This document shows, piece after piece, positions 8,613-18,062 of a DNA stretch of 52,909 nt. Within the stretch, counting starts at the first letter, position 1. Every line of letters starts with the position of its first letter. Where the stretch lies: assembly GCA_020632925.1 (NCBI GenBank), contig JACKER010000007.1:1-52909 (forward strand), read 5' to 3'. Below the pieces are notes generated by a model. That model made no database searches and had not been told where the DNA came from. It was given only the letters and a program-made list of their open reading frames with translations. The DNA comes from Alphaproteobacteria bacterium (GTDB lineage Bacteria > Myxococcota_A > UBA796 > GCA-2862545). The translations under genes and the position numbers were made by a program.

Positions 8613-9593
8613 TTAGAGACGGCGACCCCGGCGCCGATCGGACAGGGCAGCCACCATTCTCTCGGTCGAGATCGTGACGGTGTCGTCCAGCACGGCGTCC
8701 TTGGCCGCCGTGTCGCAGGCAGCGGCCACGTCCGCGTAGGACAGGCCGGTGGCGGCCTCCTTGACCTGGTTCCAGTCGAGGCCGCCGCTGTCGAAGGGCG
8801 CGAGGCGGTTCCGAACCGTCTCCTCAGCCTGCTCGGGCGTGGGGATCTGGTAGGAGACGACCACGTCGAAGCGGCGGAACAGCGCAGAGTCGAGGGCCTG
8901 GGGGTGGTTCGTGGCGGCCACGATCAGGCTGCGCGAGTCGTCCTGTTCGAGGAACTGAAGGAACGAGTTCAGCACTCGGCGGATCTCGCCCACGTCGTTG
9001 CCGGTGGCCCTCTCGGCCCCGATCGCGTCGAACTCGTCGAACAGGTAGACCCCTCGGGTCTCCCGGAGGGAGTCGAACACGAGCCGCAGCTTGGCGGCGG
9101 TCTCCCCCATGAACCGCGTGATCAGGCTGTGCAGGACGATCACGTACAGCGGGAGCCCCAACTCCCCCGCAAGCGCAGCAGCGGTCATCGTCTTGCCGGA
9201 ACCGGGCGGGCCGACGAGCAGGAGCTTCCGCGCGGGCACCAGGCCGTGCGCCAGGAGCTTCTCCGAGGCCCGCTGCTCCCGGAGCACCCGCTCGAGCTGG
9301 TCACGAAGTCCCGCGTCGAGGACCATGTCGCTCAGGTGGGTGCGGGGCAACGAGACGGCCAACAGGCCCGCCAACTCCCCTTTCGGGGTCGTGACCGCCA
9401 CGGGCCGGCTGCCGGGTCGGCTCTGGGCCTTCTTGCGGGCTTCCTCGACCAGGGCCTTGATATCGTCTGCCGCGCGACCGTGACCCTGGCGTGCGGAGTG
9501 CGCAGCGACCTGGAGGGCGAGGGCGAGAAACCGCTCGTCGTCCCGGTCGATGTGGCTCCGGATCAGGGCCTTGATGTGGTCGTTGGTCGCCAT
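8613..9593 (-). CDS. AAA+ ATPase (326 aa), IetA-like partner of the S8 peptidase
   Basis: Walker A LLVGPPGSGKTMTA, Walker B VYLFDEFDAIG, and sensor/arginine finger region ATNHPQALDSALFRRFD. Confidence 0.85.
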   Translation of the reverse strand: MATNDHIKALIRSHIDRDDERFLALALQVAAHSARQGHGRAADDIKALVEEARKKAQSRPGSRPVAVTTPKGELAGLLAVSLPRTHLSDMVLDAGLRDQLERVLREQRASEKLLAHGLVPARKLLLVGPPGSGKTMTAAALAGELGLPLYVIVLHSLITRFMGETAAKLRLVFDSLRETRGVYLFDEFDAIGAERATGNDVGEIRRVLNSFLQFLEQDDSRSLIVAATNHPQALDSALFRRFDVVVSYQIPTPEQAEETVRNRLAPFDSGGLDWNQVKEAATGLSYADVAAACDTAAKDAVLDDTVTISTERMVAALSDRRRGRRL

Positions 9594-9877
9594 GTCGTGC
9601 TCGCGCCAAGTATCTCACACCTCGATCTCGCCCTGTCCACGCCGATCCTGCGGCCCTGCGGATGTGGGCCTGGGCTCGATCGAACGAAAAGTCGATGAAG
9701 AACGCACCGACCCGCACCAGGTCGACGCCCTCGCGCGGGCACGGTCGAGGCAGGGACGGAGCAGACTACGGCGAGATGGGCTTGTCCCCCAGGTCTTCCG
9801 TGAGGTAGAGCCCCTGTCCTGGTTGGTCGACGGGGTGCCCCGGCCTCCCGCCGCTCAGAACGAGGACGTTCCCGTCG

Positions 9878-12634
9878 ATGACGAAGCTCACCCTTGGACA
9901 GCTCGAATCCTTCCTTCTCGGCGCGTGCGACCTCCTGCGCGAGGGCGGTTCGGATTCCTCCGATTTCAAGTACTACATCTTCGGAATGTTGTTCCTGAAG
10001 CGCGTGAACGACCAGTTCGAGGTGATGCGGGAGGAAAAGCGGAAGGGCCTGATCGACGACGGCCTCTCCGAGGCCGAGGCCGACGAGTCCCTCGACGACC
10101 GGGACCTGTACTCGGGCGGCTTCTACGTTCCCATGGCTGGGCGATGGGAATGGAGGGAGAAGGGCGAGGACGGCGTGGAGCGCTTCAAGGGGCTCGCCCA
10201 CGCGAAGGAGGGCGAGAACGTCGCCGCCTTGCTCGACGCGGCCCTCGACGCAATCGAGAAGGAGAACGCCAAGGTCACGCAGGGCGCCCTCCGGACCATC
10301 CGGTTCGTGACCCAGGCGCAGTCCAGGCAGCTCGAAGACAAAGTGCTGGTGGACCTGATCCACCACTTCAACGAGGTCCGCCTCCGCAACGAGGACTTCG
10401 AGTTCCCCGACCTGATGGGCGCGGCCTACGAGTACCTGCTCAAGTACTTCGCCGATGACGCCGGGAAGAAGGGCGGCGAGTTCTTTACGCCGCCATGGGT
10501 GGTGCGGCTGCTCGTCCGCATCCTGGACCCGAAGCCCGGCATGGCCGTCTACGACCCCACGGCGGGCTCGGGTGGGATGCTCATCCAGTCCTACCAGCAC
10601 GTCCAGCGGCAGACCCGAAGGGGCGAGCGCGTCAACCTCACGTTGGCCGGGCAGGAGCTCGTCGGGGGGACGTGGGCCACCTGCAAGATCAACATGATCC
10701 TCCACGGCGTCCTCGATGCCGACGTGCAGCACGGCGACACCATCCTCTCTCCGCTCCACGTCGCGGACAACCAGCTCAAGCGCTACGACCGCGTGATCGC
10801 GAATCCACCCTTCGCGCAGAACTACAGCCCCGGGAAGGAAGGGCTCAAGCTGCGCAAGGAGCGGTTCCCGGTCCTGATGCCGCAGACCGGGAAGAAGGCC
10901 GACCTGATGTTCGTCCAGCACATGGTCGCGAGCCTGAAGCGCAAGGCCAGCGGGGACGAGGTCGACGGTCGGCTTGCGGTGGTCATGCCGCACGGCGTCC
11001 TGTTTCGTGGAGGCAAGGAGAAGGAGGCCCGGGAGCACTTCCTCGCCGAGGGCTTGCTCGAGGCCGTCATCGGGCTGCCGCCGAACCTGTTCTATGGAAC
11101 GGGAATTCCGGCGTGTATCCTGGTCATGTCCCACGATGGGGCGGCCCGCCGCAAGGGGGATGACGGCAACGTCCTGTTCGTGAACGCGGATCGGGAGTAC
11201 CGCGAAGGAAAGGCCCAGAACTTCCTCCGGCCCGAGGACATCGAGAAGATCGTCCACGTCTGGTCCCACAAGGTCGAGGAGCCCGGCTACTCACGACTCG
11301 TGCCCGTCTCCGAGCTCCGGGACGCCGAGTTCAACCTCAACATCCGTCGGTTCGTCGACAACGCCCCACCACCCGAGCCGCACGACGTTCGGGCCCACCT
11401 CCACGGCGGCATCCCCGTGGTGGAGATCGACGCCCTGAACCGGTGGCTCGCGCACTACGAAGGCATGCGGGAGCGGCTGTTCGTCGTCTCCGGCGACACC
11501 TCCTATGGGAAGGTGGTCGACGGGCTGCCGCCGGGAGGCCTCGTCGAGCTGATCGCGTCGTCGCCAGGCCTCCGAGGCTGTCACGACCGTCTGCTCGCCA
11601 GCTTCGACGCCTGGTGGAAGGACGCCAGCCAACGGGTCGAAGCCCTCCCGAAGACCCACGACGTGTTCGCGTTGGAGGCGGAGCTCCTCAGGACGCTCCC
11701 GAAGGCGCTCGCTTCCCACACGCTGCTCACGGGCCATCAGGTGCGCGGCGCCTTGGCTCGGTTCTTCGTGGAGCAGGAGCCGGTGCTCAAGACCCTGGCC
11801 GCCAGCGGCTGGGTGGCAACCCTGATCCCCGCCGAAGAGATCCTGAAGTCGCAGTTCTCCGAGCTCGTGCGGGAAGCCGAGGAGCGAGGAGCGAGGATCG
11901 CCGAGCTCCAAGGCCTGTTCGCAGCCGCCAAGGAGCGGGACGCCGAGGAGGGCGAAGGAGACGCCGAGGAGGACGAAGGGGGCGTGCTGTCGCCGAAGCA
12001 GGCGAAGCGGCTTCGGGACGAGCTGAAGGAGTCGAAGGGCGAGCTCGCCTCCGTCGTGAAGGATGTCAAGGCCCGAATCACCGACCTGTTCACCCTCGGG
12101 AAGGGTGCGGGACTTGTCGACACGAAGGCCAAGAAGGGCGACTTCACTCAGGGTCTGAGCGCCGGAGACCCGGACTTCTCGCGCGCCCTGTCGATCGTGG
12201 ACAGCGTGGCGGGCGACCCTCGGGCCCAGGTCAGGGTCGCCGAGATCCGGGACTTCGTGAGCCGGGGCGAGTCGCTGCTCGAACAGGTCGCGGAGCTCGA
12301 CGAGGCCCTCGCAACGCACAAGGGGCTCGAGGCCGAGCTCAAGCGGCTCCGCGCCGAGGTCCGTGAGGTCGAGCGCAAGCAGGACAAGGTCGTGGCGGCG
12401 GCCCGCGACAAGATCGCCCCGGTGGAGGTGAGACGCATCGTGCTGGACCTGTTGCACCGGGAGCTGCGGCAGGTGTTCGAGGGCTACCTTCGGTACGAGC
12501 AGCGAACCTTCACCGCAGAGGTGATGTCGCTGACCGCCAAGTACGCCACTCCCCTCGGCGTGCTCGAGACGAACCGGAGTCGCAGGTTGTCGACTCTGAA
12601 CGACCTCCTGTTCCGCATCGGATACCACGCATGA
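9878..12634 (+). CDS. hsdM: type I restriction-modification system DNA methyltransferase subunit HsdM (918 aa, unusually long, with a C-terminal ~350-aa coiled-coil/charged extension)
   Basis: N-terminal HsdM_N (MTKLTLGQLESFLLGACDLLREG), SAM motif DPTAGSGGML, catalytic NPPF motif (VIANPPFAQNY). The C-terminus is Glu/Lys-rich and predicted coiled coil. Confidence 0.9.
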   Translation: MTKLTLGQLESFLLGACDLLREGGSDSSDFKYYIFGMLFLKRVNDQFEVMREEKRKGLIDDGLSEAEADESLDDRDLYSGGFYVPMAGRWEWREKGEDGVERFKGLAHAKEGENVAALLDAALDAIEKENAKVTQGALRTIRFVTQAQSRQLEDKVLVDLIHHFNEVRLRNEDFEFPDLMGAAYEYLLKYFADDAGKKGGEFFTPPWVVRLLVRILDPKPGMAVYDPTAGSGGMLIQSYQHVQRQTRRGERVNLTLAGQELVGGTWATCKINMILHGVLDADVQHGDTILSPLHVADNQLKRYDRVIANPPFAQNYSPGKEGLKLRKERFPVLMPQTGKKADLMFVQHMVASLKRKASGDEVDGRLAVVMPHGVLFRGGKEKEAREHFLAEGLLEAVIGLPPNLFYGTGIPACILVMSHDGAARRKGDDGNVLFVNADREYREGKAQNFLRPEDIEKIVHVWSHKVEEPGYSRLVPVSELRDAEFNLNIRRFVDNAPPPEPHDVRAHLHGGIPVVEIDALNRWLAHYEGMRERLFVVSGDTSYGKVVDGLPPGGLVELIASSPGLRGCHDRLLASFDAWWKDASQRVEALPKTHDVFALEAELLRTLPKALASHTLLTGHQVRGALARFFVEQEPVLKTLAASGWVATLIPAEEILKSQFSELVREAEERGARIAELQGLFAAAKERDAEEGEGDAEEDEGGVLSPKQAKRLRDELKESKGELASVVKDVKARITDLFTLGKGAGLVDTKAKKGDFTQGLSAGDPDFSRALSIVDSVAGDPRAQVRVAEIRDFVSRGESLLEQVAELDEALATHKGLEAELKRLRAEVREVERKQDKVVAAARDKIAPVEVRRIVLDLLHRELRQVFEGYLRYEQRTFTAEVMSLTAKYATPLGVLETNRSRRLSTLNDLLFRIGYHA

Positions 12635-13914
12635 CCTGGCCTCAAGTGCCTGTCCACGAGGTCGCCCGCATCGAGATCGGTGGAACACCGGCCCGCGCCG
12701 TGGCGAGGTACTGGAGCGAGAACGGGGAAGGGCTCCCTTGGGTGTCGATCGCCGACCTCTTGCAGCCGGTCGTGACCGAGACCTCGGAGCAGATTTCCGA
12801 GGCCGGACGCATCAACAGCAACGTCAAGCTGGTGCCCGCTGGAACGACGATGATGAGCTTCAAGCTCACCGTCGGTCGCGTCGCGGTGGCCGGGTGCGAC
12901 CTGTTCACGAACGAAGCGATCGCAGCCTTTCACGCGACGAGTCGTGCGCTTCACCCCGATTGGTTGAAGTACTCGCTTCCCGTGGCTGTCCGAAACGTGA
13001 TCGCTGACACCGCCGTCAAGGGGGTCACCCTCAACAAGAAGAGCCTCAGGACGCTCACGATCCCGTTTCCGTCTCGCCCCGAGCAGCGGGCCATCGCCCA
13101 CGTCCTCACCACCCTCGACGATCTGATCGCCGACACCGAGACCGCGATCGCCAAGCTCGAGGCCATCCGGCAGGGGTTGCTCCACGACCTGCTGACACGC
13201 GGACTCGACGAGAACGGCGAGCTCCGCCAGCCACGGGCTACGGAAGGGCTTTTCAATTGGGAGCCGCTCCCGTTTGAGTCCTATCTCCGTGGAACGCCGC
13301 AGAATGGACTTTATAAGCCGGAGTCTGCGTACACCGAGCAAGGCGATGGCGCGAAGATCGTTCGCATCGATTCGTTCAACAACGGGGATGTAGTCAAGGC
13401 AGCCTCAGCGGTCCTGAAGACCCTGCGTGTGTCTGAGTCTGATCTCAAGGTTTATGGCCTCCGTAGCGGTGATCTAATGATCAACCGCGTTAACTCCATC
13501 GACTGGGTGGGTAAGACAGCCATCGTTGATGACACAACGGGTCAGGAAGTCTTCGAATCCAACATCATGAGATGCCGCGTTCAGGAGGACCGGTTGAGGC
13601 CGATGTACGCCCTGCTGCTCCTCTCGGCACCCTGGTCCCAAAAGCACTTTCGAGCACGAGCCAAGAGCGCGATCTCGCAGGCGAGCATCAATCAAGGCGA
13701 CATCCGCTCCCTGCCGGTCGCTGTGCCAGAAGTAGATGAGCAGGATCGGGTGGTCGCGGTCGTAAGGGACCTCGACAAGTCACGGGCCGTGGCAGAGTTC
13801 TCGAGGGCAGTCCTTGGCGGTCTCACGGCTGGCATTCGGGACGAACTGCTCCTTGGACGCACCCACGTCAGCCCGGCGCTTCTGGGCCTTCCCCCGGAGG
13901 ACGGCGATGTCTGA
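12631..13914 (+). CDS. hsdS: type I R-M specificity subunit HsdS (two target-recognition domains)
   Basis: ATGA overlap with the hsdM stop, 427 aa, lower-GC TRD segments. Conserved central and C-terminal coiled-coil repeats (LDDLIADTETAIAKLEAIRQGLLHDLLTRG). Confidence 0.8.
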   Translation: MTWPQVPVHEVARIEIGGTPARAVARYWSENGEGLPWVSIADLLQPVVTETSEQISEAGRINSNVKLVPAGTTMMSFKLTVGRVAVAGCDLFTNEAIAAFHATSRALHPDWLKYSLPVAVRNVIADTAVKGVTLNKKSLRTLTIPFPSRPEQRAIAHVLTTLDDLIADTETAIAKLEAIRQGLLHDLLTRGLDENGELRQPRATEGLFNWEPLPFESYLRGTPQNGLYKPESAYTEQGDGAKIVRIDSFNNGDVVKAASAVLKTLRVSESDLKVYGLRSGDLMINRVNSIDWVGKTAIVDDTTGQEVFESNIMRCRVQEDRLRPMYALLLLSAPWSQKHFRARAKSAISQASINQGDIRSLPVAVPEVDEQDRVVAVVRDLDKSRAVAEFSRAVLGGLTAGIRDELLLGRTHVSPALLGLPPEDGDV

Positions 13915-16900
13915 GTACGCCTCGGTCGAGCGCCCCTTCCTCGAGACCCTCTCGTCCCTCGGCTGGCGGGTCATCGACCATGGCGAGGGCATCCCAAGCG
14001 ACCCCACGGTGAGCCTCCGGAGCTCCTTCTCGGACGTGGCCCTCCGCGACGTGTTCCGCGAGGCCGTTCGCCGCATCAATGTCCTCGATGACGGGCGAAC
14101 ATGGCTCACGGACGCTCAGCTCGACGGGCTCCTCGTCCGCGTCGTCGGCCGAGGCGACGGTGGGCTCGTCGAGGCCAACGAGCGCACCCACCGCCTCCTT
14201 CGGGGCGAGGTCCGCCTTCAGGAGCCGTGCGACCTGCTCGAAGGCCGCGAGCTCCCCATCACGCTGATCGACTTCACCCACCCCGAGCGGAACTCGTTCG
14301 TCGCGATCAACCAGTTCCGCATCGATCCCCCGGGGTCTGGCGAACCGATCCGGCCGGACATCGTTCTGTTCGTCAACGGGCTGCCGCTGGTGGTGGTCGA
14401 GTGCAAGGACCTCGACCCCAACACCTCGTCGCCCATCTACGACGCCGTGGAGGACCTCCGCGTGTACGCCAACCGTCGCTCGGAACAGGGCGGGACGTAT
14501 GTCGAAGGCGACGAGCGGCTGTTCGTGACGAACCTGTTCGTCGTCGCGACCTGCGGCACGGACGCCCGCGCCGGGAGCTTCACGGGCGAGGTCACGCACT
14601 ACTACTCGTGGCGGGACGTCTCCTACCCGAAGGAGATCGCTGCCGACGCCCGGGTCGTCCCTCCTCTCCCGGACGGGATCGAACAGGAGCGCGACCAGGA
14701 GCGGCTCGTGCGGGGGATGCTCCACCGGTACGTCGTGCTGGACCTGCTGCGCCACTTCACGGTGTTCATGGATGCCGGGAAGCACCGGGTGAAGGTGCTC
14801 GCCCGCTACCAGCAATACCGGGCCGTCGAGGGCATCCTCGCCAGGCTCCGCCGCCCCGGCGAGTCCGTCGAGCGATCGGGAGTGGTCTGGCACACCCAGG
14901 GCAGCGGCAAGTCGCTCACGATGGTCTTCGCGATCCGGAAGCTGCGAACCCAGGAAGACCTCAAGGACCATCGGATGGTCCTCGTCAACGACCGTCGGGA
15001 CCTTGAACGGCAGCTCACCGAGACCGCCCGCCTTTCGGGCGAGACCCCTCACGTCATCACGAAGATCAGCCAGCTCGAGCGCTTGCGGAGGCACGCCTCG
15101 GACGTGGTGCTCGTCATGGTGCACAAGTTCCAGGAGGAGCGGACCACCGGCGTGCTCGACGGGCTCCTGGCGGCAGAAGGCCCCGGTCCGACCTACGGCG
15201 CTGATGAAGACGGGGAAGTTGCGGGGGGCGCCTTCCCGACGCTCAGCGACTCGGCCCGCATCGTCGTCATGATCGACGAGGCCCACCGGACGCAGAGCTC
15301 CGCGAACGACGAGGAGCGAGCCACTTTGGGCGACAACCTCGTCCAGGCGTTCCCCAACGCTGCCAGAATCGCGTTCACGGGAACGCCGCTCCGAGCGAAG
15401 AAGTACGAGAAGAAGGGGACGAGGACCATCGACCGCTTCGGCGGGTACATCGACAAGTACCTGTTCCAGCAGTCGATCGCGGACCGGGCCACCCTCCCGA
15501 TCACCTACATCGGTCGCACGGTGAACGTGGAGTTGGCCAAGGGTGCCGAGCTCGACCAGTCGCTCCTGGACGAGGCGCGCCTTCGCGCCGAGAGGGAGCT
15601 CGCCAACGACGGGAAGGCTTTCCCCGACCTGATCGCTGCTCGCACGGACGCCCAGATCGAACGCATCAAACGGCTTTACGGCACGTCGACCGACATCTTC
15701 GAGGCGGACGCCCGCATCGCGGATGTCGCCAAGGAGATCGTCAACCACTACGTGCAGGAGGTGCTGCCGAACGGGTTCAAGGCCCAGGTCGTGTGCAGCA
15801 GCCAGCTCGCGGCGGCCCGGTACAAGAAGCACCTCGACAAGGTCCTCGACCTGAAGCGGTCCGAGCTCGCAGCCGCACCGGACACCGCTCCGATCCTCCT
15901 GGCACGGCTCGCGATGCTCCGGACGGCCGTGGTGCTGTCCGATGCCGACAAGCAGACCCTGAAGGAGGTGAAGGAGGCCCGGCAGGCGACGACCGCCGAG
16001 ATCGGCACGGTGAAGGACTGCATCGACTGGTTCAAGGCGGACTTCGAGGACGACAAGCCGAAGTCGGGGCTCGGGATCGTCATCGTCTGCGACATGCTGT
16101 TGACGGGCTTCGACGCCCCGATCGAGCAGGTCATGTACCTCGACAAGGTGCTGAAGGAGCACAACCTCTTGCAGACCATTGCCCGCGTCAACCGCGTGCG
16201 GAGCGGCAAGGACTGCGGCTACATCGTGGACTTCGTTGGGTTGATGAGTCACCTGGAGCAGGCGTTCGAGATCTACGGCGAGGACCGCAAGGACCTCGAC
16301 GGTGTGGTGGAGAGCCTCGACAAGGAGCTCGCACGCCTGGATGAGCACGAGGAGAAGCTGATCGCCTTTTTCGAGGCCCGCGACCACGAGACCCTACGGG
16401 AGTTCATCGCGGGCACGCTCGAGGAGGGGAGCCACCGGCCGTGCGTGGAGGAAGCGGTCGGGCTGCTGAAGGAGCCGAAGGTGCGGGCCGAGTTCGAGGT
16501 CCTGTTCGAGGACTTCCTTCGGAGCTTGAACATCTGCTACGCGCTGAAGGCCGCTCGAGCCCACGTCCCGGCGGCCCAGCGGTTCGGTGAGATTCAGCGG
16601 ACGGCACGGGAGGTCTACCGAGACCGCTCGCTGGACGTGCGGTGGGCGGCGGCCAAGATCCGCTCGCTCGTGAACACGCACCTCAAGAGCAAGGGCGTGG
16701 ACCCGGACGAGGCCGAGCTACCGCTGACCGATCCGGACTTCCTCGAGAAACTGAAGGCGAAACGGGGCACCAAGACGGCGGCGGCCGAGATGGAACACGC
16801 GATGCGTGTCCAGATCAAGATGAACCTGATGAAGGACCCGGGCCTGTTCAAGGAGATCAGCCGCAAGCTCGAACAGGTGCTCGCCCGCCAGCGGGAAGCC

Positions 16901-17341
16901 TGGAAGGTGATCAAGGCTCGAGCCGAGGCCCAGGGCCAACCGCCCTCGGAGGAGGATCTCCTTCGAGGCGTGCTCGAAGACCTCGAAGCCCTGCGGCAGG
17001 AGCTCGTGGACCCGACTGTTGGAGCCGTCGAGGGTCTCACGAACGTGGAGGCCGCCTTTTGGAGGGCGCTGGTCGACGTCGCCTTCGGTGGCCTCGAGCC
17101 CACGTCGTCGGACGCCTCGAAGGACTTGGCCCGCACCGTGGTGGGTGAACTGCGCCAGGATCTGGTGCTCAACGGCTACTGGAGCCACCCCGACGCCGTT
17201 CGAGAGACGCGGGGCAAGCTGAAGCGCGCGCTACTGCGGTCCGGCGATCCCACCATCAAGGCGGCCCGGGAGGCGATCGTCGACGCGGTGATGGAGCTCG
17301 CCAAGGTGCGCCACTCCGAGCTCGTCGCTCCAGGTGGCTGA
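13908..17341 (+). CDS. hsdR: type I restriction enzyme endonuclease/helicase subunit HsdR
   Basis: The start ATG overlaps the hsdS stop (ATGTCTGA). N-terminal MSEYASVERPFLETL..., PD-(D/E)xK region (LFVNGLPLVVVECK), SF2 helicase motifs (HTQGSGKS; DEAH-like MIDEAHR), C-terminal helical domain. Confidence 0.9.
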
Positions 17342-18062
17342 CATGGCGCCGTCGAGCTCGGTGGAGCAGAGGGTCTACCAGGGCATCCGGTACAAGCTCG
17401 TTCGAACCCGTCGGCGCAAGACGGCTGCGATCCTGATCGCCCCAGGCGGAGACGTCACCGTTCGGGTTCCTCAGGAGCTCGACGACGGCACCATCCACGG
17501 GCTGCTCGACAAGCAACACGACCGGCTGATGCAGGCTGTATCGAAGCAGGCCGGGCTTCCGGAGCCGGTGGTCCGTTCGTTTGACGAGGGCTGCACGTTT
17601 CCGTTCCTCGGGCAGGAGCACCGCCTCCACTTCGACACGGGGGCCAGCGAGGAGCTCACGCTCGGCTCCGACGGCTTCCACCTCCGATACCGCGAGGGCG
17701 TGGACGCAGAAGCTACCTACCAGGCTGCGTTTCGTAAGTTCTACACCGATCACGGGCGAACCTACCTGGCAGGTCGGGTCCACCACTTCGCTCCCGCCGT
17801 CGGGGTGTTGCCGACCGCGACCCGGGTGCTCCATCTCGGCAACCGATGGGGATCGTGCTCGCCCAAAGGGGCCGTCAACTTCCACTGGCGGGCCATGATG
17901 GCCCCCCCGAAGGTCGTGGACTACCTCGTCGTGCACGAGCTCGCCCACCTCAAGCAGCCCGACCACTCCCGCGAGTTCTGGCGGTTGGTCGAGCAGGTGA
18001 TCGCGGACCACGAGCTGTGCCACGAGTGGCTGCGCGCCCACGGCGCCGAGATGGACTTGTGA
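17334..18062 (+). CDS. DUF45/YgjP-like (SprT/WLM-like) zinc metallopeptidase commonly linked to type I R-M loci
   Basis: HExxH motif (VVHELAHL) plus downstream H/E. It overlaps the hsdR stop; the alternative start is ATG 17343. Confidence 0.75.
   Translation: MADMAPSSSVEQRVYQGIRYKLVRTRRRKTAAILIAPGGDVTVRVPQELDDGTIHGLLDKQHDRLMQAVSKQAGLPEPVVRSFDEGCTFPFLGQEHRLHFDTGASEELTLGSDGFHLRYREGVDAEATYQAAFRKFYTDHGRTYLAGRVHHFAPAVGVLPTATRVLHLGNRWGSCSPKGAVNFHWRAMMAPPKVVDYLVVHELAHLKQPDHSREFWRLVEQVIADHELCHEWLRAHGAEMDL

Noticed and set aside
13868-16387. 839-aa minus-strand ORF antisense to hsdR (and similar long antisense ORFs: 9563..11269, 11291..12688, 35258..40180 +, 45016..47952 -, 48492..52799 -, 6624..8177 +, 26683..28245 +)
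   Set aside because: They lie opposite genes with clear motif-supported products. They are Arg/Pro/Gly-rich and low complexity with no recognisable domains, the usual product of stop-codon scarcity in ~70% GC DNA.
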